Notes under the pieces: model-generated | What the model was told of the DNA's origin: nothing | Seen by the model: only the letters and a program-made list of their open reading frames with translations | The model's database searches: none | Made by a program: the position numbers and the translations under genes | Shown: positions 1 to 15,010 of the stretch, piece by piece | Numbering within the stretch: the stretch's first letter is position 1 | Layout: each line of letters starts with the position of its first letter | Source of the DNA: Ranitomeya imitator | Lineage: Eukaryota | Direction of reading: 5' to 3' | Length of the DNA stretch: 64,000 nt | Assembly: GCF_032444005.1 (NCBI RefSeq) | Contig: NC_091287.1 | Coordinates: 452,538,001 to 452,602,000, forward strand

Positions 1-976
1 AGGAAATGGGCTACAGGTGCCGCATTCCCCAGGTAAAGCCACTTTTGAACCATAAACAGCGGCAGAGGCACCTGACCTGGGCTACAGAGAAGCAGCACTG
101 GACTGTTGCTAAGTGGTCCCAAGTACTTTTTTCTGATGAAAGCAAATTTTGCATGTCATTCGGAAATCAAGGTGCCAGAGTCTGGAGGAAGACTGGGGAG
201 AAGGAAATGCCAAAATGCCTGAAGTCCAGTGTCAAGTACCCACAGTCAGTGATGGTGTGGGGTGCCATGTCAGCTGCTGGTGTTGGTCCACTGTGTTTCA
301 TCAAGGGCAGGGTCAATGCAGCTAGCTATCAGGAGATTTTGGAGCACTTCATGCTTCCATCGGCTGAAATGCTTTATGGAGATGAAGATTTCATTTTTCA
401 GCACGACCTGGCACCTGCTCACAGTGCCAAAACCACTGGTAAATGGTTTACTGACCATGGTATTACTGTGCTCAATTGGCCTGCCAACTCTCCTGACCTG
501 AACCCCATAGAGAATCTGTGGGATATTGTGAAGAGAAAGTTGAGAGACGCAAGACCCAACACTCTGGATGAGCTTAAGGCCCCTATTGAAGCATCCTGGG
601 CCTCCATAACATCTCAGCAGTGTCACAGGCTGATTACCTCCATGCCACGCCGCATTGAAGCAGTCATTTCTGCCAAAGGATTCCCGACCAAGTATTGAGT
701 GCATAACTGAACATTATTATTTGTTGTTTTTTTTGTTTGTTATTAAAAAACACTTTTATTTGATTGGATGGGTGAAATATGCTAATTTATTGAGACAGGT
801 TTTTTGGGTTATCAGGAGTTGTATGCCAAAATCATCAGTATTAAAACAATAAAAGACCTGACAAATTTCAGTTGGTGGATAATGAATCTATAATATATGA
901 AAGTTTAATTGTAATCATTACATAATGGTAAATAATGAAATTTAACACTATATGCTAATTTTTTGAGAAGGACCTG
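1..976 (+). mobile_element. Tc1 (DD34E) DNA transposon, 3' part, cut by the window edge
   Basis: Transposase ORF 6-698. The right end ...ATATGCTAATTTTTTGAGAAGGACCTG ends at 976, followed by TA (977-978). An inner copy of the terminal motif (ATATGCTAATTTATTGAGACAGG) lies near 777-800, giving an IR/DR-type end. Confidence 0.93.
6..698 (+). CDS. Tc1 transposase catalytic domain (partial, open frame)
   Basis: Motifs VLFSDESKF, VMVWGAM, FQHDLAPAH and WPANSPDLNPIENLW. I count exactly 34 residues between the second D and the E. The N-terminus lies outside the window. Confidence 0.9.
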   Translation: MGYRCRIPQVKPLLNHKQRQRHLTWATEKQHWTVAKWSQVLFSDESKFCMSFGNQGARVWRKTGEKEMPKCLKSSVKYPQSVMVWGAMSAAGVGPLCFIKGRVNAASYQEILEHFMLPSAEMLYGDEDFIFQHDLAPAHSAKTTGKWFTDHGITVLNWPANSPDLNPIENLWDIVKRKLRDARPNTLDELKAPIEASWASITSQQCHRLITSMPRRIEAVISAKGFPTKY

Positions 977-1029
977 TATCTCAACATCAACTCTCCAGAT
1001 GAGAGAATGAATGAATGAAAAGCAGACCT

Positions 1030-1180
1030 TCATGGCCAAACTGATGCAAAGGAGCCACTATTGGGGACCACAAACAAGAAGAATAGACTTGTTTGGGCCA
1101 AACACCACAAGGACAAGACATTAGTTTATTGGAAATCTGTACTGTGGTCTGATGACTCAAACTCTGAGAATTTTGGCATC
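1030..1180 (+). mobile_element. Degenerate Tc1 transposase fragment
   Basis: Translates to NKKNRLVWAKHHKDKTLVYWKSVLWSDDSNSENFG, homologous to the RLVWAK...WKSVLWSDESKFEIF segment of the Tc1 at 17777-19386. Confidence 0.75.
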
Positions 1181-1821
1181 AACATCCAATTACAAGCAGA
1201 AAATGAAAACATAGGTCGTGTCACAGACAGTGATGTGTTAATTAAAATTTGGAATCCAACATATTATCCATTAGAATCAAGGGATTCATTGCAATACACA
1301 TTATGTATTGTATTGTGTAGAATTTAATCTATGCACAGTGCGTTATATAGGTTCCACATTTAGAAAATTGAAACAACATATTTTGGAACATCTTGCCAAT
1401 ATATATAAAAAGGATCCTACTCTGGTGCTGTGATGCATTTTGTCACCATACACAATGGTAACACTACATATTTAAGATTTTATGGCATGCGGTGAGTTGC
1501 ATGTCCTATCAAAAGAGGCAGCTGACAGAAACGCCTCACTTTAAGTGAAGCAATTTGGATATATTAACTCTTGACACAAAATATCCACAGAGCATGAATA
1601 TAAAAAATTATTTATTCTATATATACTGTATATATTGCTTTTGATTCAAATTTGATTAATGTTTGTATATAGATACAGTGTTTTTCACTTATTGGTTGAA
1701 TATACTTTTTTTTAATATCGTGTGTAATTGGTTCCATCCAACTTAAAACGAGAATCTCCTTATTCGTTCGATACACTATGAATAAGGGCATTTAACACAT
1801 TAGAAACGCGTCAGTGTTTTA

Positions 1822-2310
1822 GGGTAAGTTCACACAGGGCGCTTTTGTTGCTTTTTTTTTTCTGCAGCAAAACCTGATCTTCTTGGCAGGAAAGAAGCTG
1901 CATCAAAAACGCAGGGTTAGGTGCGTTTTTGGTGAGTTTTTTGTTGCGTATTTGGTACGTTTTTGGTGCATTTTTTGGGTGCATTTTTTTTCTCTTGTCC
2001 ATGCTAATGTCCTTGGATCTTCAGCAGCAAAAACACAGCAAATAATGATACCTGCGTTTTTGCTGCGTTTTTTTCAACACTCATTCAAATCAACGGGTGA
2101 AAAAACGCAGCAAAAACGCTGAAAGAAGTGACATTCTCTATGTCCAAAAAATGCAGCAAAGCACAAAATACTGATCAAACAAAAAAACAATGTGTGTGCA
2201 TGAGATTTCTGAAATCTCATAGGCTTTGCTGGTACTGTAAAAAGCAGCTGAAAATTAGCATAAAAAAGCAGCAAAAAAATGCAGCAAAAACGCCCTGTGC
2301 GAACTAACCC
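1822..2310. mobile_element. Harbinger/PIF-type MITE
   Basis: TIR GGGTAAGTTCACACAGGGCG versus CGCCCTGTGCGAACTAACCC. Flanks are TTA and TAA (TWA-type, one mismatch). The interior is palindromic. Confidence 0.75.
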
Positions 2311-2419
2311 TAAATCTTCTCTTGCATTCCTTAATTTTTAATGGATTACTGTTTTTATTTGTGCTGTCTAGATATTTGTATTTATCACAGACATATTATT
2401 TATTGTAAGAGCAGTGAAA

Positions 2420-2725
2420 TAATGGAGCCCCATGCCACATGATGCTGGAATGGATGCTTCACTAAAAAGATTCAAAGAGGGCCTGGTCACCTTTCTTGAA
2501 AAACATAATATTACAGGTTCTGGGTACTAGATTCTGTTATGGGATGTTGATCCAGAGAACTAGTCTGATTGCCGTATGTTGACTTCAGAAGGAATTTTTC
2601 CCCTAATATGGGGCAATTAGCATCTGACTCATGTGGTTTTTGCCTTCTTCTGCATCAACATGTTAGGGTATGTGTTGAACTCATACTTATGTCTACCTTC
2701 AACCATAAAAAGTGTGATACTGTAA
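2420..2725 (+). mobile_element. CR1-type LINE 3' end
   Basis: Decayed RT C-terminus (..SLKRFKEGLVTFLEKHNITGSGY*) followed by a 3' UTR ending CCTTCAACCATAAAAAGTGTGATACTGT. Family call from recalled frog CR1 tails. Confidence 0.6.
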
Positions 2726-3659
2726 AACAATTATTTTATTACATTTTACTTTTTTGAATTGTTAGGGGGTGTAAAGCTGTCAAAGAAAAGGGGGGTACTT
2801 TAGAAGGTTTAGCACATATTCCACGAGTTTCTTAACTGCTTATTTCCATATGTGTCCTTTGTGGTTTTGCTGCCTTTAGTCTGATTCTCTAATGTGCACA
2901 TTCCAAAAAGAACAAGGAAAACCACTGGATGAACATGTGTGTCCAAACCTTTGACCAGTACTGTATATACAAAGAAGTGAAAACGTGCGTTGGGGCAGCG
3001 GGGACGCCACACACACCAGTGTTTCATCCATGTAAGTGCTATCTTCTAATTTATTTATTCACTGCCAGACATGGAATTCTACAGGGACATAACTATTTGT
3101 GTACTACTGGCCTTACTTGTACTAGACTTTGTATGAACTTTTACCACTCTGTACTCCACATTTGTGTTGGCCATCCCTGCTTGGTTAGCAGTCACCTTGA
3201 TTATACTAGTTATTTGCATATTTTTTAATTATGTTGAAGAAAATCTGTTTTTATTGCCAATTTACACTGCTGTTCTCTGTGGTTTATACGGTACTGTATA
3301 TTTAAATGTCACTTTGGTAAATATCACTGATATAGCAAGTATAATATATTATATTACCATGTAAAAATCTATGAAAGTCATATTTCTACCTACATCTCAC
3401 TCATTTCCTCATGGGATTCATTAGTTCTAATTAGTTCTCTGATCTTCACATTACTTTATCTCTTGATACACTTTCATGCTTCTTTGAATAAACGACAGTG
3501 GCTTAAAGCCATTTCAAATATCAATATAAATCCTTTAAAAACCTAAAAAAGTGAAGACTTCCGTAACGTTATTTAATGTTTTTTTTATATAAATATGCAT
3601 AGCTTCAACTTAGAGATTACTGATGGAAATTACATCATAAAAGCCGCCATTATTCTTAC

Positions 3660-3701
3660 CTGTATATTCCAGGAGGGCCAATAGTATCCGCGTCTCTACC
3701 T
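3660..3701 (-). CDS. prex2: PREX2 coding exon, 42 nt: (E)VETRILLALLEYT(D)
   Basis: On the minus strand tcattttag|AGGTAGAG...TATACAG|gtaaga. Phase 1/1, in frame with exon 12535-12663. Matches recalled human EVKCRLLLALLEYSD. Confidence 0.9.
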
Positions 3702-5679
3702 CTAAAATGAATAAATGACAGTTGTTAAGTCAAGCAAGCCCTTGCATCAGATTAGTTAATCGTGGGATTGTTAGTGTGAACAATCCCACCAGCAACAAAA
3801 GAGGTAACACCGGCCAGTCGGGAAGCCAATTTAAAAAAAATAAAATAAACTAATGTTCTGCAAAGTGGAAGATCATCGAGGTGAGTTCGGCCAAGACAAA
3901 TGCAAGTAGTTTCAGCCAAAATGTTACAATCTGGCAAATCTCATGTTCTGTCTTATGTCGGCCATTCCATAAAATGTTCAAACAATGGTTGTCCAAATCG
4001 AAAAAATCGGCTCTTTTGGACGAATTTTATCTTACCCCTGTATTTTCTACAGTTCTCCTTGGTGTATTTATTCATCAAGCAGTTATGTTTCTCATCAACA
4101 TTCAAGATTGTAACCTCTGTAAACTTCTTGCACATTTGTTGAATCTCATGCAAATTAGATGACAGAATCAGCTAGATACCCTTTAATGACAGGCTAATCA
4201 AAAGCAACTTTTTAATGGTTCAGGGCATTTTTTTCCAATTTGAGATCTAGAGCTGTGGGAAATCAGCTAAAATGAGACAGCGGAAAGTAGATAACTGTTG
4301 CTTTAATCTCCCTTGGATTTCGGTAAAATAAACATACTCATAAATCTTCTAAAGAATCATTTCCTTACTACCAAAATGCATTACAGTAAGTGCTGACACG
4401 GCATTCTTCTTGGAATTACTCTAGTGTTATACGGTTGCATCCAGCAATGAAATCTCATTCTTCATATAAAGCAAATATTCTGTATTTCACAACAATGAAC
4501 CTTCAGAACGAGCCATGACAAAGCCCTCAAGGTTTGAAAGCGAAACATGATGGGACTTTATTCCATTGACAAATGGCCATTATGGCACTTAGTATTCTTG
4601 CCATGAATGCTACAAATGCATAACTTTATGGATTATAAAAGATTCTTTTGAATTACCATTCGTTTTTAATTACATAAATGTGTAAATGCCTAGTAAGACT
4701 CACAGTCTTTGAGGTCAAATGGAAATTGGAAAAATTGCTTGCATTTTTTCAGAATGAAAGAAATGGAGGCAAGAGTTGTCCTTCCCTGGTCTCTCCATCT
4801 AAAGTCTCAGTTATGTGCCTAACTTCATTACCTTTTTAAGGAGGATATTTCACCAAATTATTCATGTGGAACTGTTCACAAAATAACATATTGTTTGCAG
4901 ACCAGAAGGAATGCTTTTTTTTTTATTTTGTCTCTGTGTTGCAGAGATATTAGAAATCAAAATATTCGGCACCTAAACAGTTACTTTTTTAAAAGTCTGA
5001 GTGGGCATTAACAGAGAGATTTCTTTGGGAGCGTGTACTTCTTCCCCTTTCTGATGGTGACCAATCAGAACCAGGTAGCAAAACACGGCACCGCCGTAGC
5101 TTAGAACAGGCTCAGTGTGAGAAATGTGTTGACAAACAATACTGATGTGCAGTAGGGCTCTTTTTTTGTAACCTGGTTCAATTGGCTCCACTCACCAAGA
5201 AGAGCCACCTCTTTTGGATCCTGAATAGATGCCTTTTAAATATGTGTACACCCCAGGTAGACACATATTTAAAGTGAACTTGTCAGCAAGATTATGTTAA
5301 AAAAAACCTACAGACACTGTCATGTTGGAGTTGTTACACTGATGAAAATTATACTTGGGGTGACGGAATCCTTCTTGTGGTTCTTGTGTAGTCAGTGATA
5401 AAAGTTTTCAGTTAATGTTATGCCCGTGCTCCGGGGCAGGACAGTAGGCAGAGTCTTATCTTGGTGCTCTAGGCCAAAGAAACCAAGGAAAGACCAAGGA
5501 GAGAATTGCCCACAAACCGCCCCGAAGCACAAACATGTTCCTCATCATAAAGTCCGCGAGACAGATAGACTGTGTCTCTCTCTCTCTTCTAGATCAACCA
5601 CTAATACAGACACAGCCCCTTCCATAGACCCTGCCACAGCAGCACAGAGTATGGTCAGCGACCCAGGCCACAGAATCTC

Positions 5680-6275
5680 TTTCTCTGTCTGTCTCTCTTT
5701 GTCTCTCTCTCTCTGTCTCTCTTTGTTTCTCTCTGTCTGCGTATCTGTCTGTATGCCTCTCTCTGTGTGTCTCTCTGTGTCTGTCTCTCTCTGTCTGTCT
5801 TTATGTGTGTGTGTGTGTCTCTGTCTGTCTCCGTCTGTCTCAGACATGGGTCGCTGACATATTCTGTGCTGCTGTTGTGGAGTTGCTGGCACTCCGTGTT
5901 GCTGTATCATGGGTCGCTAACATACTCTGTGCTGCTGTAGTGGGGTCACTGATGTACTCTGTGCAGCTGTGGCAGGGACAAAGAGAAAGAGACAGACAGA
6001 GACAGACATAGAGTGACAGAGAGCGAGACAGAGACACACAGACAGAGAAACAGACACAGACAATATAGACAGAGACAGAGAGAAACAGAGACAGACACAG
6101 ACACATACAGAGAGAGATACACAGACAGACACAGAGACAGACAAAGAGACAGAGAGAGAAAGAGAGAGAAACATGGACAGAGTCATGTACATAGACAGAG
6201 AGACAGACACAGACAAATAGAGAGGGATACACAGAGCGACAAAGAGAGACAGACAGAAAGAAACAGAAAGAGAGA
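5680..6275. repeat. Mutually inverted (TC/TG)n and (AG/AC)n microsatellite tracts
   Basis: Pyrimidine-rich tract at about 5680-5840 and purine-rich tract at about 5975-6275, separated by short degenerate repeats whose reverse complement occurs at 5625-5670. Confidence 0.85.
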
Positions 6276-7951
6276 GATGCTGTGTGAAGAGACTTCCGAC
6301 CATGGGCAGTGCGCCTCTCTGAAGCCGGGACGTGTACACTAGAGATGAGCCAAAATTTCAATGTTCGGTTCGGCTCATGATCGCCGAATTTTCAATATTC
6401 GCCGATTTAATCATCGATGAATGTAGCCGAACATACACAGCACAAACGTCTGTGTTTTCCAAGCTGTGTGATAGCATGGGAAACACCGGCATATTGCTTC
6501 TGATTGGAGGTGAAATCATCCCCGCCAGTCAGAGAGCCGCAGTTCCCATGCTCAGCTGTGATTGGAGGTATAACGTTTACCTCCGGTCACTGGTGTCAGC
6601 TGATGGGACAACTGCTCCCATCATCCGACACCTGCTGCCGCTAATAACAGTGAGAGCAGGATCGGCGGATGGGAGTGTTCATCAGCCGCTCCTGTGCTGT
6701 ACATAAAAACCCGGCGTAAGTTCCCTTGTATTTTTGATAACCAGCCACGCAAAACTCACAGCTAGGGGCTGCAACCCTCAGCTGTCAGCTTCAGCAAGGT
6801 CGGTAATCAAGAATAGAAGGGTCCCCATGCCGTATTTTTAATTATTTAAATATATAATTAAACAAACAGCATGGGTCCCCCCATTTAAAAAAAAAAACAG
6901 CCTTGCTAAATCAAACAACTGAAGGCTGGTATTCTCAGGCTTGTAAGGAGCCATGGATATAGCCCCCCCAGCCTAAAAATAGCAGCCCTCAGCTACCCAG
7001 AAAAGGCACATCTATTGGATGCGCCAATTCTGGCGCTTTGTCTGCTTCTTCCCACTTGCCCTGCAGCGGTGGCAAGTATGGTTCATATTTGTGGGGTTGA
7101 TGTTACCTTTGTATTGTCAGGTTACATCAATCCCACGGATTACTAATGGAGAAGTGTCTATAAGACACCTATCCATTACTAATTCTATAGTTGCATGGTA
7201 AATAAAGACACAGCCAGAATAAAGACATTTAATTGAAAAAATGACACCGACTCTTTTAATAATCTTAATTAAACCATACTTATGACCTCGTCTAATTCCA
7301 TTGAAGCCCTCGTTCTCCTGTTCCCAGCCTGGCTGAACTGCTGTGACCTCGGAGAGATCCACGCTAGCATCGTGGAAAAAAGTCACTGAGTTCACCGCAG
7401 TTCAAGCACAGTGGCTTCACAGCAGATCCCCGTGAGAATTTCTCACCGTGATCTGCGGTGAAGTCACTGAGATTGAACTGCGATGACATTATTACTGACT
7501 TTTTCCTATGTTACTGAGGTCATGGCAGTTCAGCCCTGCTGGGAAAGCAGCCTCAGTGACCGGAGTTAACCTCGATGACATCATCGCTAGTCACTGAGGC
7601 TGTGCTCACAGCAGTTCATTCACCATTGCTTCTCAGCCTGGATGGTCGCATCTTGACAACGTCCAGGTTGAAAACTATTAGTCCCCCAGGCATGGATTAC
7701 GGCGTGGGACAGAACGACAAACAGGTATGGTATGTTAGGGGTCGAGTTCCCACCTCTACACAGGGGGAATCTCGAGCCATCTCCGCTGCGGTCTCCCATT
7801 CTTCTCCTGCCGCAGTGGAGTCTGCTCAGCAGAGGCATCGGTCTCAGTGTCTCGCTCAGTCTGGTACTGTGCAAAGGGTTACTGCTACCTTTTCAGCTTC
7901 TGCCATTGTAGCCAGTACTGGTCAGCAGTGAGCAGATGTCTTTGGGACTAA

Positions 7952-8924
7952 ATATAGCAAGAAAGTCTAGCACTCAACTTCAGTAACCGTAGAAACGATT
8001 TATTAGTAGCACTAGAAACTTTTTCCCCTCTGTCCAGTATTCTCAGGTAATGTCATCCTTTTTTTACCTAGGGGAACCCCACTCCTCAGCCGATGCTAAC
8101 GTCCTCTCCCCCCTTTCTCTCCCACAGCTTGCGGGTATTTTACCCGTTAGGTGGCCACTCCCCACCGTATCAGCCTTGCTCTCCAGGTACTGGTTTGAGT
8201 CTCGCCCCTTTTACCCACATGGGCATTTTCCATCTTGGTACTGATCTAATGTCATCCTGTATGTCTTTTCTACAGCTCTCACTATCTCCCCCATTAGCGC
8301 TAGTAGGGGTATCCTACCTATGTGAGTATCTAGGTGGTATCTCGTCTCTACACCATCCCATTTGATGTATTGTCACTCATATACTTCTCTGTTCCCTTTT
8401 ATATTAGGCGCAATATATAGGTATATTTTTCTCTGCTCCATCACCCTGGCCCTATCGGCCTTCATAGGCACGGTACGTGTGTCCTGTTCTTTCCTGGTTT
8501 TTTCAACTTTTTTCAACTTTCTTCGTCTCGTCCGCTGGCGGAGTCACGTTCTTTCACTATATTGACACTTAGCCTGGCTGTTTGCTACCGCTTCCTCTGC
8601 CTTTTAGTTATAAGTGAAGTATATGATTTCTTAATTTGACCTGCTTCATGTTAACCTTGTCTGTTTATCTTTATTTTTGTTTGTATTTCTTTGTATATAC
8701 TTTAGTTATTTTTGTACTGGATGTACTTTTGATTTCATTTTTTGTTATGATATTGTAGTGACTGATGAAAGTCCCAAGGGACTGAAACGTTTCTAGTGCT
8801 ACTAATAAATCGTTTCTACGGTTACTGAAGTTGAGTGCTAGACTTTCTTGCTATATATACTGATGGTTTGGGAACCTAAGTCTTAGCACCAGTTTGTAGC
8901 TGTGCACACGGTGTTTTCTTTCAC
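7952..8924 (+). mobile_element. Penelope-like retroelement fragment inserted in the solo LTR
   Basis: 14-bp direct duplication GTCTTTGGGACTAA (7938-7951, 8925-8938). 68-bp inverted repeat 7952-8019 versus 8789-8856. Hammerhead motif followed by AATAAA. No RT or GIY-YIG recognised. Confidence 0.75.
8754..8803 (+). ncRNA. Minimal hammerhead-ribozyme-like motif
   Basis: CTGATGA (8762-8768), A, hairpin AGTCCC-AA-GGGACT, GAAA, then palindromic AAACGTTT. This fits the Penelope pLTR minimal hammerhead pattern. Confidence 0.7.
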
Positions 8925-11900
8925 GTCTTTGGGACTAAGTCCTACTTTTTCCCTTCTGGGCATGCCCAGGGTAAGATCTCTCATTGGAGATCAAGGGTCA
9001 CATGCTCAGGTACTGCAGCAACTCCCATTGGTCCTCTAGGAGGGTCCTGAAGTTGCTCAAGTTCTGTGGCAGCCTCCCATTGGTCCTTCTGGGAAGGTCC
9101 TGAAGTTGCTGCAGCTATAAAAGGTTTGCATGACCACATGGCCATGTGCTAGTATCAATCTATGTTATGTGCTTTGCGCCAGTGTGGTCTTGTGTGTATG
9201 TATTTAGAGCCCCGGCTGAAATAAGCCCCTAGTATATCGGCACCTCCGGTGAGGAGTTTGTTTGTGTGCAAGACCTCTGACTGCTATCAACTCAGCAGTT
9301 AGCTGTGTACTCCTGTGAGTCTAACAGGGCACAGTGCTTTCTTTTGTTGGCGACTCTGTGAAGTAACAGAGTTCACTTATACCGCCATATAGTGCCATTT
9401 GCTAGCAGCAGGTTCCTCCTGCACGGTGGACCCCGGGCTGCAAACGCACCAATAACTTTATCTATTTACTCGGTGAGTTCCGCTAGCCCTAACATGGTAT
9501 ATTGTTGATTTTTTATTTTAGTTTTATTACAGGAGAACGAGGGCTTCAATGGAATTAGGCAAGGTCATAAGTATGTTTTAATTAAGATTATTAAAAGTGT
9601 CTGTGTCATTTTTTCAATTAAAGGACTTTATTCTGGCTGTGTCTTTACCATGTAACTGTAGGATTAATAATGGTTAGGAGTCATATTGATGCCTCTCCAT
9701 TACTAAACTCGGGGGTTGATGTCAACTGACAATACAAAGGAGACATCAACCCCACAAATATGAACCCCACTTGCCACCACTATAGGGCAAGTGGGAAGAG
9801 CCAGGCAGAGCACCAGAATAGGTGCACCTATAAGAGAAAGTTTTCAACCTGGACAGTGCAAAGATGCAACCATCCAGGCTGAGAACCACTGGTGAATGAG
9901 CTGCTGCGAGCGCAGCCTCAGTGACTAGCAGTGACATCACTGAGGCTCCGTTTCCAGCTGGGTTGAACTGCGGTCACCTCCCTCAGTGAGATCCCCGCTA
10001 GCACTGTGAGAAAGTTTTCAGCCTGGATGGTCGCATCTTGGCACCGTCCAGGTTGAAACCTGTTTATCCCCAAGACATGGATTACAGTGTGGGACAGAAC
10101 AACAAACAGGTATGGTATATTGTTGTTTTTTATTTTAGTTTTAATACAGAAGATCGAGGGCTCTGGTGGAATAGGCGTTTGGTGAGTGTAACTGTGTTTG
10201 TTATTTTTAAATAAAATGGAAGTGGGAAGAGAGAGGCTAAGTTGCAGAATTGGCGCATCTAAGAGATGTGCTTTTTCTGGGGTGGCTAAGAGCTGTTGCT
10301 TTTAGCCAGGGGGAGTATCCATGGCCCCTTCCTAGGCTTTTAATATCAGCCAGCAGCTGTCTGCATAGCCTTTGCGGGTTGTTAATTATAGGGGGACCCT
10401 ACGTAATTTTACTTTAGGTCCTCCATTTTAATAGCCAGTAAAGGCTAAGTACGGTATACAGTTGTGAGCTGATATTAATAGCCTGGGAAGCTCCATTGGT
10501 ATTACCCCCTTCCCAGGCTATAAACATCGGCCCCCCAGCCATCAGCTTTCCCTCTGCTGGTTACGAAAATTATGCGGAAGCCCACGCCATTTTTTTCAGA
10601 AAAATAAACTTTTATTAATTAAATACATTTACAGTAAGTTGCACACACACTGTGCCAATAGTATTTGTCACTGACATCTATATATCTACCAATTCTATTT
10701 GTACAGTGTGTAATCCATCTCTTCTATCCTGTCGGCTTCTGCTATGATTTTACCCTACTGCGGCTGCTAAATTGCCGTTTTTTCTTCTATCTATGTATGT
10801 AATATATATATATGTGTCACTGACATCTGTATGTCTATGTGTATGTATCTAATCTATCTATTCTATTCTAACCTGTCACGCTGTGATTTTACTGAAGGCG
10901 ACACATGAATTACTAGCATTTATTCTATCTTTCACCGAATGTTAACAACTTTTTCCGATTTTAAGAAAAATGCTTGTGTTACCAGTCACGAATCTGAATG
11001 TACCATATTCGTGCCAAATTTATGTTTGGCGATCGTTTTCTTAACATATTCGCTCATTTCTAGCGTACACCCAGCTTCAAAGGATCAATCATGAGAGTGA
11101 AAGGTGCCGCACGCATGCTTGAGGTAAGTATAGCGCTGGCGATGACACAGACGCTTGTAAGTTATGTTATCAAGACCACAGTGGCATGATAACATCTAAG
11201 TGGACTGACTAGTCTGAGAACACTAATGCCACCTTGACTAATCAAAGCCCTCATTTTCATATCATAAACGAACTTTAGAAATACGGTACTCTTTCTAAAT
11301 GTCTGTGTATGTGTGTGATGTAATACAGGGACTGTTAGGCAGGGAATTTATATATTCAGACACAACTGCTGGTGGTTCTGGGATCACGGGGGACCTGAAA
11401 ATTAATGTTTAGGTGCCAATTCCAAATAATGTAATACCTCTGCATTGGAGAGATAAAATTCAAAAAAAGAAACATTTCTCCCACAACAAAAAAAAACATT
11501 GTATTTTTTGCATTTTGCTCTGCAGCCACATATTAGATGTGTCCAGTTCAACATGAAACATTTGATGAAAGGTCCTCTTTAAGTCAACAGTGAAATGTAC
11601 GGTACCTTGGTGGCCCAAATAAATGTTTGTGCCTGATCATTAACGGTGTAAATAGGCCCTGTGATGAAAGGAGCACTGAACAAAAAAATGATTTTTGCTA
11701 GCGTTTACATACTTTATGTAGACATAAAAATTGTTGTTTATCAGTAGTACTTTGCCCAGTATAGACAACAATATAAAGAGTGTGTTAGAAACGATCATGC
11801 AATTCATTGTTCTTGCATAGGCCTCCCAACCATTGCCACTAAACATTAAATGAACGAGTGCTGAGAAATATGAACATCATCATTCGTTGTGGCAATTTAC

Positions 11901-12484
11901 CCACCTGTGTGAACCATAAAAGTCCTTTTAAATGGTCCGATAATGATTACCCATATCGAGTGCTCGTCAGCAATCTGGCATGCCATTGGCACTCGTTTAG
12001 CTCTGTTTATATGCTGCATGTGCCAACTACGATCAGTTGCCCCCATACAGTTGCACATTCTTGGCAGCACATTCTCTATTTACACAAAAGGATGTGTGGC
12101 TAATCAGCATTAATTTTGAATTGCATAAAAGAAGCGATTTGCCCAAATAAGCGAGCACTTTCCCTTTTATAAGCTGGTTGATACCATGTTTATTCTGGCA
12201 ATGATCGGGAAAGTGCCAACCTATAAACAGTTATTTGGCCAATCACTAGCATGTTAAAATGGGCCTTAAATACTTTTTTCCTGTGATGGACAGTTAAAAC
12301 AGATACAATGGGGAAAGTCAATTCAGAGATAAAGAGATTGGACAAAAAGGAAAGATTGGCCAATTTCTTACAAAGATATAGGACGCAGCATTGCAAAAGA
12401 GAAGAAAAATATACAAAATACAGCTGTCATCACATTAGGAACTGTCCAAATGGTGCCACTGTTTAATGGGAAAGATTTGATTTA

Positions 12485-15010
<2,526 letters not shown>

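Larger units (their letters stand above)
7733..9494 (+). mobile_element. Solo LTR (Gypsy-like) inside the hAT element
   Basis: Termini TGTTAGGG...CCCTAACA with 5-bp TSD TGGTA (7728-7732, 9495-9499). Duplicated CCCATTGG boxes and TATAAAA near 9116. About 775 bp once the internal insertion is removed. Confidence 0.88.
6340..11062. mobile_element. Non-autonomous hAT element, large imperfect palindrome
   Basis: TIR TAGAGATGAGC versus GCTCATTTCTA. 8-bp TSD GTGTACAC (6332-6339) and GCGTACAC (11063-11070). Internal inverted arms, e.g. 7047-7320 versus 9530-9800. No transposase. Confidence 0.88.
5273..11578. mobile_element. Possible T2/Kolobok non-autonomous element hosting the hAT insertion
   Basis: TTAA|AGTGAACTTGTCA at 5269 and TGAAAGGTCCTCT|TTAA at 11579-11582. 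The two ends match only partly and may belong to two different elements. Confidence 0.35.

Noticed and set aside
3860-4945. Isolated plus-strand splice-like signals (GAG|GTGAGT near 3880, pyrimidine tract + GCAG near 4944)
   Set aside because: No matched partner site or coding frame; expected by chance in AT-rich DNA.
5420-6361. ORFs of 109-173 aa rich in SLSVCL or ERQRDT
   Set aside because: Translations of (TC/TG)n and (AG/AC)n microsatellites.
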